This document shows positions 8,469 to 17,224 of a stretch of DNA of 64,000 nucleotides, one piece after another. Location: assembly GCA_015486055.1 (NCBI GenBank), contig WFSJ01000024.1, positions 46,829 through 110,828 of the forward strand, written 5' to 3'. The notes beneath the pieces were generated by a model. It was not told where the DNA came from. It did not search any database and was given only the letters and a program-made list of their open reading frames with translations. The position numbers and the translations under genes are program-made. Within the stretch, counting starts at the first letter, position 1. Each line of letters starts with the position of its first letter. This stretch comes from Acidobacteriota bacterium. GTDB taxonomy: Bacteria > Acidobacteriota > Aminicenantia > S016-38.

Positions 8469-8790
8469 GCTTACTCAAGACGCTGAAAGCTTGCAAATTC
8501 TCTTTCACTATTTCCCTCATGCTGTTGCAAATGGTATTGACAGAGGCATGAGCAAGAGAATAGTAAATATGCTGTCCTTGCTTCCTGAATTTTACCAAAC
8601 CTTTCTCCTTAAGTGTTTTTAGGTGCTGAGAAAGATTTGACATTGAAACTCCTAATTCAAGTGCCAACTCGGAAACAGCTTTCTCCCTTTGCTTGAGAAG
8701 ATAAATTATTTCGAGCCTTGTGACATTTGAGAGGGCATTACATATTTCCGACTGAAGCTGGAGTATCTTTTTTGTTTTCTGATCTATCAT
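8455..8790 (-). CDS. ArsR/SmtB-family transcriptional regulator
   Basis: Winged-HTH pattern LSNVTRLEIIYLLKQREKAVSELALELGVSMSNLSQHLKTLKEKGLV..RKQGQHIYYSL. Confidence 0.85.
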   Translation of the reverse strand: MIDQKTKKILQLQSEICNALSNVTRLEIIYLLKQREKAVSELALELGVSMSNLSQHLKTLKEKGLVKFRKQGQHIYYSLAHASVNTICNSMREIVKENLQAFSVLSKLTSS

Positions 8791-8796
8791 GATTTC

Positions 8797-8825
8797 ATAA
8801 TATAATAAAAAAGTTCAATAATCAA
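8797..8825 (-). promoter_or_regulatory. sigma70-like promoter TTGATT-N17-TATTAT ending 6 nt before the arsR-like ATG (leaderless configuration)
   Basis: -35 at 8825-8820 (overlaps the xer stop codon), -10 at 8802-8797, ATG at 8790. No SD. Confidence 0.5.
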
Positions 8826-9679
8826 GATCTGGGATGAAATTTATCGTAGATTTTCCTCAACCTTCTTAGTCCCACATGAGTATAAATCTGAGTAGTTGTT
8901 ATAGATGCGTGGCCAAGGATCATCTGGATTACCCTGAGGTCAACACCTGCCTCAAGCATATGGGTTGCAAAGCTGTGCCTTATTACATGAGGCCATATCT
9001 TCTGGTTAATTTTTGCTTTTCTTCCGTATTCCTTTAGTTTCTTCCAGAAATATTGTCTTGTCATAGGTTTGCATCTTCTTGTTATGAAGATGAAGGAAGA
9101 AGCCTTCTCGCAAATAGTATGCTTTCCCTTATTCAGGTATTCTTCCACCCATTTTTTTGCTTTTTTACTAAACGGAGCAACCCTTTCCTTCCCTCCTTTT
9201 CCTTTAATTCTTATGAACCTTTCTCTGAAGTCAATATCCTCTTCAGAAATGTTTATAATTTCGGACACTCTCATTCCAGTGGCATACAGGAGTTCCATCA
9301 TAGCTCTGTCCCTTAAACCTTCCGATTTTTCTATATTCGGTGTTTTCAGAAGATTTTCAATTTCTCCTTTTGTTAGGAATGATGGAATTGAATGCGGTAT
9401 TTTTGGAAGGGTCAGAGAAGATGACATGTCCTTCTGGGTTTTTTTTACAAGGAGAAGGTAATTATAAAAACTTCTGAGGGAGGAAATTACCCTGGCGGAT
9501 GAGCGTGGGGAAAGATACAGGAAAAGATTCCTAACATAGCTTTTGAGTTCCTTCTCATCTGAATAATTTCCCCTGCAATATTTTAGGAATCTTTCAACAT
9601 CTCTCCCATATGCCTCTATTGTGTTTGGAGAGAAACCTCTTGACCTGAGAAAGTTTAAATAATCCTTTTTAATTGCCAC
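8822..9679 (-). CDS. tyrosine recombinase, XerC/XerD type
   Basis: SAM-like N-domain (YLNFLRSRGFSPNTIEAYGRDVERFLKY). Catalytic region ATGMRVSE, HVIRHSFATHML, LGHASITTTQIYTHV. GTG start. Confidence 0.85.
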   Translation of the reverse strand: MAIKKDYLNFLRSRGFSPNTIEAYGRDVERFLKYCRGNYSDEKELKSYVRNLFLYLSPRSSARVISSLRSFYNYLLLVKKTQKDMSSSLTLPKIPHSIPSFLTKGEIENLLKTPNIEKSEGLRDRAMMELLYATGMRVSEIINISEEDIDFRERFIRIKGKGGKERVAPFSKKAKKWVEEYLNKGKHTICEKASSFIFITRRCKPMTRQYFWKKLKEYGRKAKINQKIWPHVIRHSFATHMLEAGVDLRVIQMILGHASITTTQIYTHVGLRRLRKIYDKFHPRS

Positions 9680-9685
9680 CTTAAG

Positions 9686-9710
9686 ATTTTAAGCTCTTTT
9701 CTGTTAAAAT
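9686..9710. promoter_or_regulatory. back-to-back -10 boxes in the 37-bp xer/GT4 divergent spacer
   Basis: Minus strand: TAAAAT (9691-9686), then 6 nt, then GTG 9679. Plus strand: TGtTAAAAT (9702-9710), then 6 nt, then GTG 9717. Confidence 0.35.
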
Positions 9711-9716
9711 TCAGCT

Positions 9717-10754
9717 GTGAGACTTTTAGTTGTGAGTTCCGATGTTCCCTTCGTGGAAGGAGGACACAGGAAGATAGTCAGAGCTCTCGTTAGAGCTTTG
9801 AAGGAAAGGGGAATAGAGGCCGAAGCCTGTTTTACACCTCAAAATCCCTTTGGCAAGCAGATTAAAGCTTATATTTCCAATATGTTTACTGACCTGCGGA
9901 AAGATGGGCTCGGCGGGAAAATAGATGGGGTGGTAGCCTTTCGTTATCCCTCATATTGTGTGAGAGCAAACAAGAAAGTTATCTGGCTAAACCACAGGAT
10001 GAGAGAATATTATGACCTCTGGGAAAAATTCAAGAGTGGGCTTTCAGAGAAGGGAAGGATAAAAGAGGAAGTGAGGAGGAGAATCATAGAATTCTTTGAT
10101 AGGAGATGTCTATCGAAGGTTAATAAATTATTTGCCCAGTCAAGTATAATTTCAGAAAGATTATGGAAATGGGGAAAATTGAGATCAGAGGTCCTTTATC
10201 CTCCGCCACCTCAAAGGAATTACAGGAATGTTGAATACGGGAATTATTTTTTCTTTCCTTCAAGGCTTACAAAACTTAAGAGGCAGGAGATAGCAATAAG
10301 GGCTATGAAGTTCGTAAAAGGCGCGAAGCTCGTTTTGGCAGGGGATGGTGAGGAAAGGCAAAAATTAAACTCCCTTGTGGAAAGAGAAAGCCTTAAAGAT
10401 AGGATAGTGTTTACAGGATTTGTCAGTGATAATGAGCTTGTGGAACTTTATTCTAAGGCTCTTGCAGTTATTTTTATACCCTATATGGAGGATTTTGGGT
10501 TTGTGACAATAGAGGCGCTTTATTCGGGAAAGCCAGTTTTTGTATTTACAGACAGCGGTGGGGCAAAGGAGCTTATTAAAAATGGCAGGAATGGATTTAT
10601 CCTTGAACCATCCCCTGAAACTTTAGCTGAAAGGATGAATCTTCTTGTGAATAATAGAAGAATTGCAGAAGATATGGGCAGAGAGGGAGAGAAAATAAGA
10701 AATGAAATAAACTGGGATAGAGCTGTGGAAAAACTTATTGAGGCATTTAAATGA
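9717..10754 (+). CDS. glycosyltransferase family 4 (GT-B fold)
   Basis: MRLLVVSSD N-terminus (GTG start). C-terminal EDFGFVTIEALYSGKPVFV.TDSGGAKELIKNGRNGFIL is typical of GT4/GT1 retaining transferases. Confidence 0.8.
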   Translation: MRLLVVSSDVPFVEGGHRKIVRALVRALKERGIEAEACFTPQNPFGKQIKAYISNMFTDLRKDGLGGKIDGVVAFRYPSYCVRANKKVIWLNHRMREYYDLWEKFKSGLSEKGRIKEEVRRRIIEFFDRRCLSKVNKLFAQSSIISERLWKWGKLRSEVLYPPPPQRNYRNVEYGNYFFFPSRLTKLKRQEIAIRAMKFVKGAKLVLAGDGEERQKLNSLVERESLKDRIVFTGFVSDNELVELYSKALAVIFIPYMEDFGFVTIEALYSGKPVFVFTDSGGAKELIKNGRNGFILEPSPETLAERMNLLVNNRRIAEDMGREGEKIRNEINWDRAVEKLIEAFK

Positions 10755-11392
10755 GGGAAATACTTATAAAAAAGAGCTGGGTCTCCTGGTTTGAGAGTTC
10801 AAAAAGAAAACAAAGGCCTATCTCAGTGTTTATAAAGGGCAAGGAGTTTAGGATATCCCATGTGATTTCGTCTTTCATTCATCAGGATTTTCAGGAATTC
10901 AATATTGTGGTTAATGAGGGATTTAGGTTCAGAATAATTGCAGGCGAGGAAGATAAGATTATATTTCCCGTGCCATCTATTCCTTGTCCAAAGCTTAACC
11001 CTTCTATTGAAGCTTTTTCCCTTCATTCATTCCCCCTTTTTCCTGAAGGTTCAGTCCTTTTTTCTCACGATGGGCGAAACTTTATGGTTTCAGCTCCGGG
11101 TAGCCTCCAGTGGGCGGAGTTAATATTTTGGGTGGAAGAAGACCCCGGGATGAGGAAAATCCTTCTCGGAGAGGTTCCGACCCCTTTTATAAGTCATTGG
11201 GAGGAGAAAGATGTGGAATTTTCCCTTGAGGATTTCGGTGAGTTTTTCTCAATAGAAATTCCTCTTTCCACACTTCCTTTGCCAAGAGAATTCATGAGGC
11301 TCAGGGTGAGCTTTAAATATAATGGCCTCAGCCTAATTCCTGATTTTTTAAGGGATGAGCCTTTTGGTTTTTATTCTCTGTATTTTGAGTAA
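10751..11392 (+). CDS. hypothetical protein
   Basis: 213-aa ORF, ATGA-coupled to the GT4 gene. No motif recognised. 3' end overlaps the convergent M1-like peptidase gene by 22 nt. Confidence 0.5.
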   Translation: MREILIKKSWVSWFESSKRKQRPISVFIKGKEFRISHVISSFIHQDFQEFNIVVNEGFRFRIIAGEEDKIIFPVPSIPCPKLNPSIEAFSLHSFPLFPEGSVLFSHDGRNFMVSAPGSLQWAELIFWVEEDPGMRKILLGEVPTPFISHWEEKDVEFSLEDFGEFFSIEIPLSTLPLPREFMRLRVSFKYNGLSLIPDFLRDEPFGFYSLYFE

Positions 11393-13602
11393 TAAAACCT
11401 CGCAGGTAGTTCGTCATCCCTTATTTTAAACTTACCCTTTACTTTTATTTTTCCGTTCCCATCAACCCATAGGATCTTTCTTTTCCCGTTAATTTCAACC
11501 GGTACAGGAATTTGAAAGTGATATTTCTTTCCCTCAATTTTTAATGGTGTTTTTTCCTCAATTATCAATTTTCCGTTTAATAATTTGTATGTGAACTTCG
11601 GCGTAAAATATGTATAAACCCAGGGATTAAAGAAGCCTGGTTTTCCGATTTTCTTCTCGAAGAAATCAGCGAATTCTTTCCATCTGTATTTTTTGAATTT
11701 GTATTTTTCTAAGAATTCTCTGGAAGCTTTGAGGAAATCCTCATCTCCAAGAGCTATTCTTGCCATGTCTATAACAAGGGCCGCCCTGTAATGAAGGTGT
11801 TTGAAAAGCTCCTTTATGGAGTTACTGTAATATCCAATTCTTCCTCCAAGAAGGAGGGGAGGAAATTTCTTATCTCCTATAAATGTTGCCCTATACTTCT
11901 TTTCAAATCTCTTTTCGCAGCTTAGCATTCCCGATAACAAAGTAACCATTCCCTCGTTTATCCAGTATTCCGAGAGGGAATATGGCTTGGTTAGACCTCC
12001 CCACCATTGATGAAGAATTTCATGGGTAACAAGGGATTTTCTTCCGCATATCATCGGATAAGGAGAGTAAATGTGCGCCCCCTTTGGTGGAAGAATTTCC
12101 AAATTAATTAATCCAGTGGAGGAGGAGCCAAAGTAGAATGAAGAAACTCTTAAGGCTACCCTAACTGTCCACGATGGCTTTCCGAAGAGTTTAAGGGCCT
12201 TCTTGTAAGCCTCCTTAATTTCGCTTATTGCCCTTGCGTTTCTTCTTTCCCAGTAGATTTCAAGCCCGTCCTTTATCTCCTTTCCTCTGAATTTACTTAT
12301 TACAATTGGAATATAAGAAACGGGTACCTCTGATACATAATTGCTGCCTATCTTTTTTCCCGCTGAGAGCAAGCTCTTTCCCCTTTTTAGCTTTAGATTG
12401 AGGAAGAACATGTGAAAATCCCCAAAATATGGATACCATAATGTAGGGAAGAAAAATCCTCCCCAGAGGTTTGAAAAAGAATCTATTCTTGAGATTTTAC
12501 CTGTGTATTTTATCGTTAATTTCTGGAAGCAGCCGTTAGGATACACCTTATAGGAATTTCCTGAATTCTCTGTAAAAATGATCTCCCTTCCATTTTCGTC
12601 GAGGATTTTATTAATTATCAATTCGGGAGAAAGAGAAAAATAAATGGGCTTGCTAACTTCCTTACCGAAGTTTATGTCAGCCTCAGCCTTTATTATGTTC
12701 TCATAGGGATCAATTTCTCCCTTAATACCAGTAGTGTATCCAGAAGGAAGGTATGGTAACAGGAGAACCATTTTTTTTGAGGAGGTATACAGGGAAATAT
12801 ATCGTCCCTTTTTTATATCAGATACGAAAATCTCCTTTTCAGATTGGGGATTATAAGTATAACTGAGGGGATGGCTTCCTCCGAGGATAACAAAGGCTCC
12901 CCCTTTAGGGACAGGTCTGAAAATTTCATTTTTGAACTCTTTGGAAAAATGTTTCCCCAACCAGGGTGAATATTTCTGGAAAATTTTCTTTTCGGTTTCA
13001 GTTAAAGAAGTTTCTGGGCCTATTGAAAACTTTACGTCGGCCCCGCTTTTTCGCTGTATCCTTAGCAAGAGGAAGCTCACTTTCTCCCTGAGCTCTTCCT
13101 TGGAAAAAAGATAGAAAAGGTTTTTCCTTTCCACAAAACTTGATGGGCGAAAGCTGAAAATGCCATTTCCCCTGAAGAGAAAGCTATCCGGCCACTCACA
13201 TAGAACTCCTCCGTTAAATTTCACATTAAGGTCAGGCAATTTCACATCTGCCTTTTTTAAAACATAACAACGGGAATCTTCAGGTCCATAAAAGGCTATC
13301 CTCCCCAGTGAGGCCAGAACTTCCTTTTTTATTATTTTTCCCTCTTTTGTCTCAATCCTCCAAACCTGAAGAAATGGAAAAGGTTTCCTGAGGATAGAAA
13401 TTTTAAGGATATTCTTTTGCTTTTTAACGATTACTTTTTTAGGTCTAAGGAGAAAAATCTCATTAGCTCCTGAAATGTCAGGAGATCCGAATAGGGAAGT
13501 GTAAGCATTTCTGTCCCATTTCTCTATTGAGTTCTTTATTTTAGAGGTCAAACTTGAGGCAGCAAGAACAGCTGAAAGTAGTAGAACGATTACCCTTCTC
13601 AA
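11371..13602 (-). CDS. secreted M1-family-like zinc metallopeptidase
   Basis: 743 aa. Signal-like MRRVIVLLLSAVLAASS. Gluzincin signature HEILHQWWG-x-WINEG (HExxH-x18-E). TTG start in a TTGA overlap with the upstream alpha-oxoamine synthase gene. Confidence 0.75.
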   Translation of the reverse strand: MRRVIVLLLSAVLAASSLTSKIKNSIEKWDRNAYTSLFGSPDISGANEIFLLRPKKVIVKKQKNILKISILRKPFPFLQVWRIETKEGKIIKKEVLASLGRIAFYGPEDSRCYVLKKADVKLPDLNVKFNGGVLCEWPDSFLFRGNGIFSFRPSSFVERKNLFYLFSKEELREKVSFLLLRIQRKSGADVKFSIGPETSLTETEKKIFQKYSPWLGKHFSKEFKNEIFRPVPKGGAFVILGGSHPLSYTYNPQSEKEIFVSDIKKGRYISLYTSSKKMVLLLPYLPSGYTTGIKGEIDPYENIIKAEADINFGKEVSKPIYFSLSPELIINKILDENGREIIFTENSGNSYKVYPNGCFQKLTIKYTGKISRIDSFSNLWGGFFFPTLWYPYFGDFHMFFLNLKLKRGKSLLSAGKKIGSNYVSEVPVSYIPIVISKFRGKEIKDGLEIYWERRNARAISEIKEAYKKALKLFGKPSWTVRVALRVSSFYFGSSSTGLINLEILPPKGAHIYSPYPMICGRKSLVTHEILHQWWGGLTKPYSLSEYWINEGMVTLLSGMLSCEKRFEKKYRATFIGDKKFPPLLLGGRIGYYSNSIKELFKHLHYRAALVIDMARIALGDEDFLKASREFLEKYKFKKYRWKEFADFFEKKIGKPGFFNPWVYTYFTPKFTYKLLNGKLIIEEKTPLKIEGKKYHFQIPVPVEINGKRKILWVDGNGKIKVKGKFKIRDDELPARFYYSKYRE

Positions 13603-14783
13603 ATTATCCCTACTGCTTTGCCTGATCTGTAGAAGGCTTCAAGAACTTTCTGAAGCTCATCATCAGAATGAGTTGCAGTGTAGGATGTTCTTATGAGAGT
13701 TTTATCGCGTGGAACGGCAGGAGGAAGCACAGGATTAGCAAATATTCCTTCTTCCCTGAGGAGTTTCCACACCATAAACAATTGCTCTTCTTTTCCCACG
13801 AGCAATGGGATTATTGGGCTTTGAGTTTTTCCTGTATGATATCCCATTTCCTCAAAGGATTTTTTCATATTTTTGCTTATTTCCCAGAGCCTGTGTCTTC
13901 TTTCTGGTTCCTTCCTTATTATTTCAAGAGAAGCTTTTGCGGCGGCTACAGAAGCAGGGGTAATGCTTGCTGAAAAGATCATGGAACGGCCAAAATGCTT
14001 TATGTAATCGATAACTTTCCTTTTCCCTGATACGAAACCCCCGAGTGAAGCAAAGGACTTGGAAAAGGTCGCCATTACAATATCAATCTCCTTCATCATA
14101 TTGAAATGTTCCACAACTCCCCTTCCGCCTTCCCCAAATACTCCCATTCCATGAGCATCGTCAACCATAAATCTTGCTCCATATTTCTTGGCAACAGGAA
14201 CAAGTTTTGGAAGATCAGCTAAGTCCCCTTCCATACTAAAAACTCCGTCAACAACGACGAGCTTTCCAGCACCTTCGGGAATTGTCTTCAATATTCTTTC
14301 AAGATCCTCCGGGTCGTTGTGCCTGAACTTAACAACTTTTCCGAAACTCAGCCTTGATGCGTCTATAAGTGATGCATGGTCCATTGAATCAAGAATTACA
14401 TAATCCTTTCTTCCAATAAGAGCTTGGATTATTCCAAGATTGGTTTGATATCCTGTGGAGAAAACCAGAGCCGTCTCTCTCTCCATGAAATCAGCAAGTT
14501 CTTCCTCAAGTTCTTCGTGAATCGTGAGAGTACCGTTGAGGAATCTTGAACCACAGGTAGAAGAGCCATATTTATCAATTGCTTCCTTCATAGCAGTGAG
14601 AACCTTAGGATGGTTGATAAGACCAAGGTAGTTATTGGAGCCTACCATTATTAATTCTTTTCCATCCTTAGTTATAACCTTATTCCCTATGACTTCCTTT
14701 ATTGGGTTGAAATAGGGATAAAGACCTGCTGCTATTGCTTCGTCGCTCCTTGTAAATTGATAACATTTTTCAAAAAGATCCAT
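13599..14783 (-). CDS. PLP-dependent alpha-oxoamine synthase, serine palmitoyltransferase-like
   Basis: AAGLYPYF, GSNNYLGL, GSRFLNGT, VDDAHGMG and PLP-lysine block ATFSKSFASLGG. Start set to ATG 14783 (GGAGG SD 5 nt upstream) rather than ORF-track 14834. Confidence 0.8.
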   Translation of the reverse strand: MDLFEKCYQFTRSDEAIAAGLYPYFNPIKEVIGNKVITKDGKELIMVGSNNYLGLINHPKVLTAMKEAIDKYGSSTCGSRFLNGTLTIHEELEEELADFMERETALVFSTGYQTNLGIIQALIGRKDYVILDSMDHASLIDASRLSFGKVVKFRHNDPEDLERILKTIPEGAGKLVVVDGVFSMEGDLADLPKLVPVAKKYGARFMVDDAHGMGVFGEGGRGVVEHFNMMKEIDIVMATFSKSFASLGGFVSGKRKVIDYIKHFGRSMIFSASITPASVAAAKASLEIIRKEPERRHRLWEISKNMKKSFEEMGYHTGKTQSPIIPLLVGKEEQLFMVWKLLREEGIFANPVLPPAVPRDKTLIRTSYTATHSDDELQKVLEAFYRSGKAVGII

Positions 14784-14799
14784 TTCTGCCTCCAGGGTT

Positions 14800-14828
14800 T
14801 TGATAAGGATAAAACTTTCGTATAGAAT
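14800..14828 (+). promoter_or_regulatory. sigma70-like promoter TTGATA-N17-TAGAAT ending 8 nt before the SDR ATG (leaderless configuration)
   Basis: -35 at 14800-14805, -10 at 14823-14828, ATG at 14837. No SD. Confidence 0.5.
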
Positions 14829-14834
14829 TTTCAA
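14806..14834 (-). promoter_or_regulatory. candidate promoter TTGAAA-N17-TATCCT for the alpha-oxoamine-synthase operon
   Basis: Minus strand: -35 at 14834-14829 and -10 at 14811-14806, interleaved with the plus-strand promoter. Followed by GGAGG SD and ATG 14783. Confidence 0.4.
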
Positions 14835-14836
14835 CT

Positions 14837-15760
14837 ATGAGAGCAATTGTATCAGGAGGCACTGGGTTCATAGGAAAAGTGCTTGTTAAAAGGCTAATAG
14901 AAAGAGGATGGAACATTTATGTACTCACAAGAATTAAGGGCAAAGCAGAAAAAATATTCGGAAATTCTGCAGAAGAACTTACATGGAATAGTGAACTTCA
15001 ATTCCCGAAGGCAGATGTTCTATTTCAACTTGCAGGGGTAATAAAAGGGAAAAGATATGAAGATTTTAGTAAAGGGAATATAGAATTTCTCAGGGAGGTA
15101 AGAAAAAAGGCTGAGGGGAAGGTTGAAAAGATCATCCAATTGAGTTCCCAAGCTGCTGGAGGGCCTTCACCAAACTGCCAGCAAGTTGATGAAAGTTCTT
15201 CATCGCCTATTTCCTTCTACGGAAGGACGAAACTTAAAGGGGAAAATGTAATAAAGAAATTCTATGGGGACTGGGTTATCCTAAGGCCATCAGGTGTATT
15301 TGGACAAGGAGATGAAGCTTTTCTTGAGCTTTTCAGAGTGGTAAAAAAAGGGATAATTCCGTGGATGGGAGAAAAATTCCTTTCAATGATATATGTAGAG
15401 GACCTTATTGAGGCTATGATTAAGAGCGTGGAGCTTGCCTCTAAGGAAACCTTCAATGTATCAATGAAGGAGCCGGTTAGATATTGGGAATTCGCCCTGA
15501 AAATTGCAAGGGAAATCGGCGTTAAAAAACCAAAAAAAATTCCTGTTCCCTATCCTTTAGCTTATACTGCTGCATTCTTCTTTCAGCTTTTTTCTTCCCG
15601 TCTTTCAATGTTTAACCTTGACAAATTGAGAGAAATGAAGCAGAAATGTTGGATAATGAATTCTGAAAAAGCTTATAAAAGAGGGATCCTGAAGGAAACC
15701 CCATTTGATGAAGCCATAAAGAAAACGATAAGCTGGTATAAAAGAGAAGGTTGGATTTGA
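14837..15760 (+). CDS. NAD-dependent epimerase/dehydratase-family SDR
   Basis: Rossmann motif GGTGFIG at the N-terminus. Catalytic YxxxK (YGRTK). 307 aa. Confidence 0.8.
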   Translation: MRAIVSGGTGFIGKVLVKRLIERGWNIYVLTRIKGKAEKIFGNSAEELTWNSELQFPKADVLFQLAGVIKGKRYEDFSKGNIEFLREVRKKAEGKVEKIIQLSSQAAGGPSPNCQQVDESSSSPISFYGRTKLKGENVIKKFYGDWVILRPSGVFGQGDEAFLELFRVVKKGIIPWMGEKFLSMIYVEDLIEAMIKSVELASKETFNVSMKEPVRYWEFALKIAREIGVKKPKKIPVPYPLAYTAAFFFQLFSSRLSMFNLDKLREMKQKCWIMNSEKAYKRGILKETPFDEAIKKTISWYKREGWI

Positions 15761-15805
15761 CTTTTACCCTTCTTTTTCTTATCCTAACCCACTTAAGGAG
15801 GAAAA

Positions 15806-17224
15806 ATGAAAAAAATTTTCTATCTCATCTCGGTTTTTCTTATTTTATCGCTGCCCTCATTTGCGTCTGAAACATCTCACAGCGCCGAGGAACTTGGGAA
15901 ATTTCTTCCTCTTTGGTCGGTCCTTCCCTTTCTGGGGATTCTTCTTTCAATTGCAATATTTCCTCTGGTTGCCCCTGAGTTCTGGCATCATCACTTCGGG
16001 AAGGTTTCAGCTTTTTGGGGCCTGCTGTTTTCCATACCTTTTTTAGTGGCTTACAAAAATGGAGCCTTGGTGAGCCTTCTTGACATATATATCCTTGATT
16101 ACATTCCTTTCATAATCCTGCTCTGGGCTTTATTTACTGTAGCGGGAGGTATTTTATTGAAGGGAAGTCTCAAAGGTACTCCAGTAGTTAATGTTATTTT
16201 CCTTCTTCTTGGGACATTTCTCTCCTCATGGATAGGAACCACAGGTTCAGCAATGGTTCTTATAAGGCCATTTATAAGGGCTAATAAACATAGGAGACAT
16301 AAACAGCACATGATAGTATTTTTTATTTTTCTCGTTGCAAATATTGGAGGTTCACTCACACCATTGGGAGATCCTCCCCTTTTTTTGGGATTTCTGCACG
16401 GCGTTCCCTTTTTCTGGACATTCCATGTTTTTCCCCATATGTTTTTTGAGGCCTTGTTGCTTCTTGGGATTTTTTATCTTATAGACAGGCACTATTACAA
16501 GAAAGAAGAGATAATCAAGGAAGAAGGGGAAAAAATTCCTCTGAAAATAGTCGGTTCTCATAATTTCCTTTTTCTCCTTGGTATAGTGGGCGGAGTTCTT
16601 TTAAGCGGATACTGGAAAATTGGGTCCTTTGGATTTCTCGGCATCCATACGACAATAGAGGATCAGGTTAGGAATTTGATACTCATAATAATGGGAATTC
16701 TCTCGATCGTTACTACAAAATCCGATTTGAGAAAGGAGAATGAGTTCACTTGGTTCCCCATAAAGGAAGTTGCAATACTTTTTGCGGGTATATTTGCGAC
16801 GATGGTTCCTGCTCTTGCTATCTTAAGAGCAGGGGAAGAGGGTGCACTTGCCTTTCTGATTAAGGGCATAAAGAGTCCGGCTCACTATTTCTGGGCAACT
16901 GGTTCTCTTTCAAGTTTCCTTGATAATGCTCCAACCTATCTTACTTTTCTCAATTCAGCCCTTGGAAAATTTTTCCCGGGAGTTCCTGAGAGAACGGCTG
17001 TTGCAGGGATTATTGCTTCGAAATCTGTCTATCTTAAGGCAATTTCAACAGGTGCAGTATTTATGGGAGCAAATACATACATAGGAAATGCTCCTAATTT
17101 CATGGTTAAATCAATAGCTGAAGAATATGGGATAGAAATGCCCTCGTTTTTCGGTTATATGCTCAAATATTCAATTCCCATCCTCATTTCAAGTTTCATT
17201 CTTGTCACACTGATATTTTACTAA
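15806..17224 (+). CDS. ArsB/NhaD-superfamily ion transporter (putative Na+/H+ antiporter)
   Basis: 472-aa polytopic membrane protein with N-terminal signal-like segment, GDPPLFLGFL and NAPNFMVK blocks. AAGGAGG SD upstream. Family assignment by eye only. Confidence 0.55.
   Translation: MKKIFYLISVFLILSLPSFASETSHSAEELGKFLPLWSVLPFLGILLSIAIFPLVAPEFWHHHFGKVSAFWGLLFSIPFLVAYKNGALVSLLDIYILDYIPFIILLWALFTVAGGILLKGSLKGTPVVNVIFLLLGTFLSSWIGTTGSAMVLIRPFIRANKHRRHKQHMIVFFIFLVANIGGSLTPLGDPPLFLGFLHGVPFFWTFHVFPHMFFEALLLLGIFYLIDRHYYKKEEIIKEEGEKIPLKIVGSHNFLFLLGIVGGVLLSGYWKIGSFGFLGIHTTIEDQVRNLILIIMGILSIVTTKSDLRKENEFTWFPIKEVAILFAGIFATMVPALAILRAGEEGALAFLIKGIKSPAHYFWATGSLSSFLDNAPTYLTFLNSALGKFFPGVPERTAVAGIIASKSVYLKAISTGAVFMGANTYIGNAPNFMVKSIAEEYGIEMPSFFGYMLKYSIPILISSFILVTLIFY

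Noticed and set aside
8822-9679. Tyrosine recombinase as a marker of an integrated mobile element
   Set aside because: Length and motifs fit chromosomal XerC/XerD. No flanking phage, IS or conjugation genes, direct repeats, tRNA-adjacent att site or compositional shift were seen.
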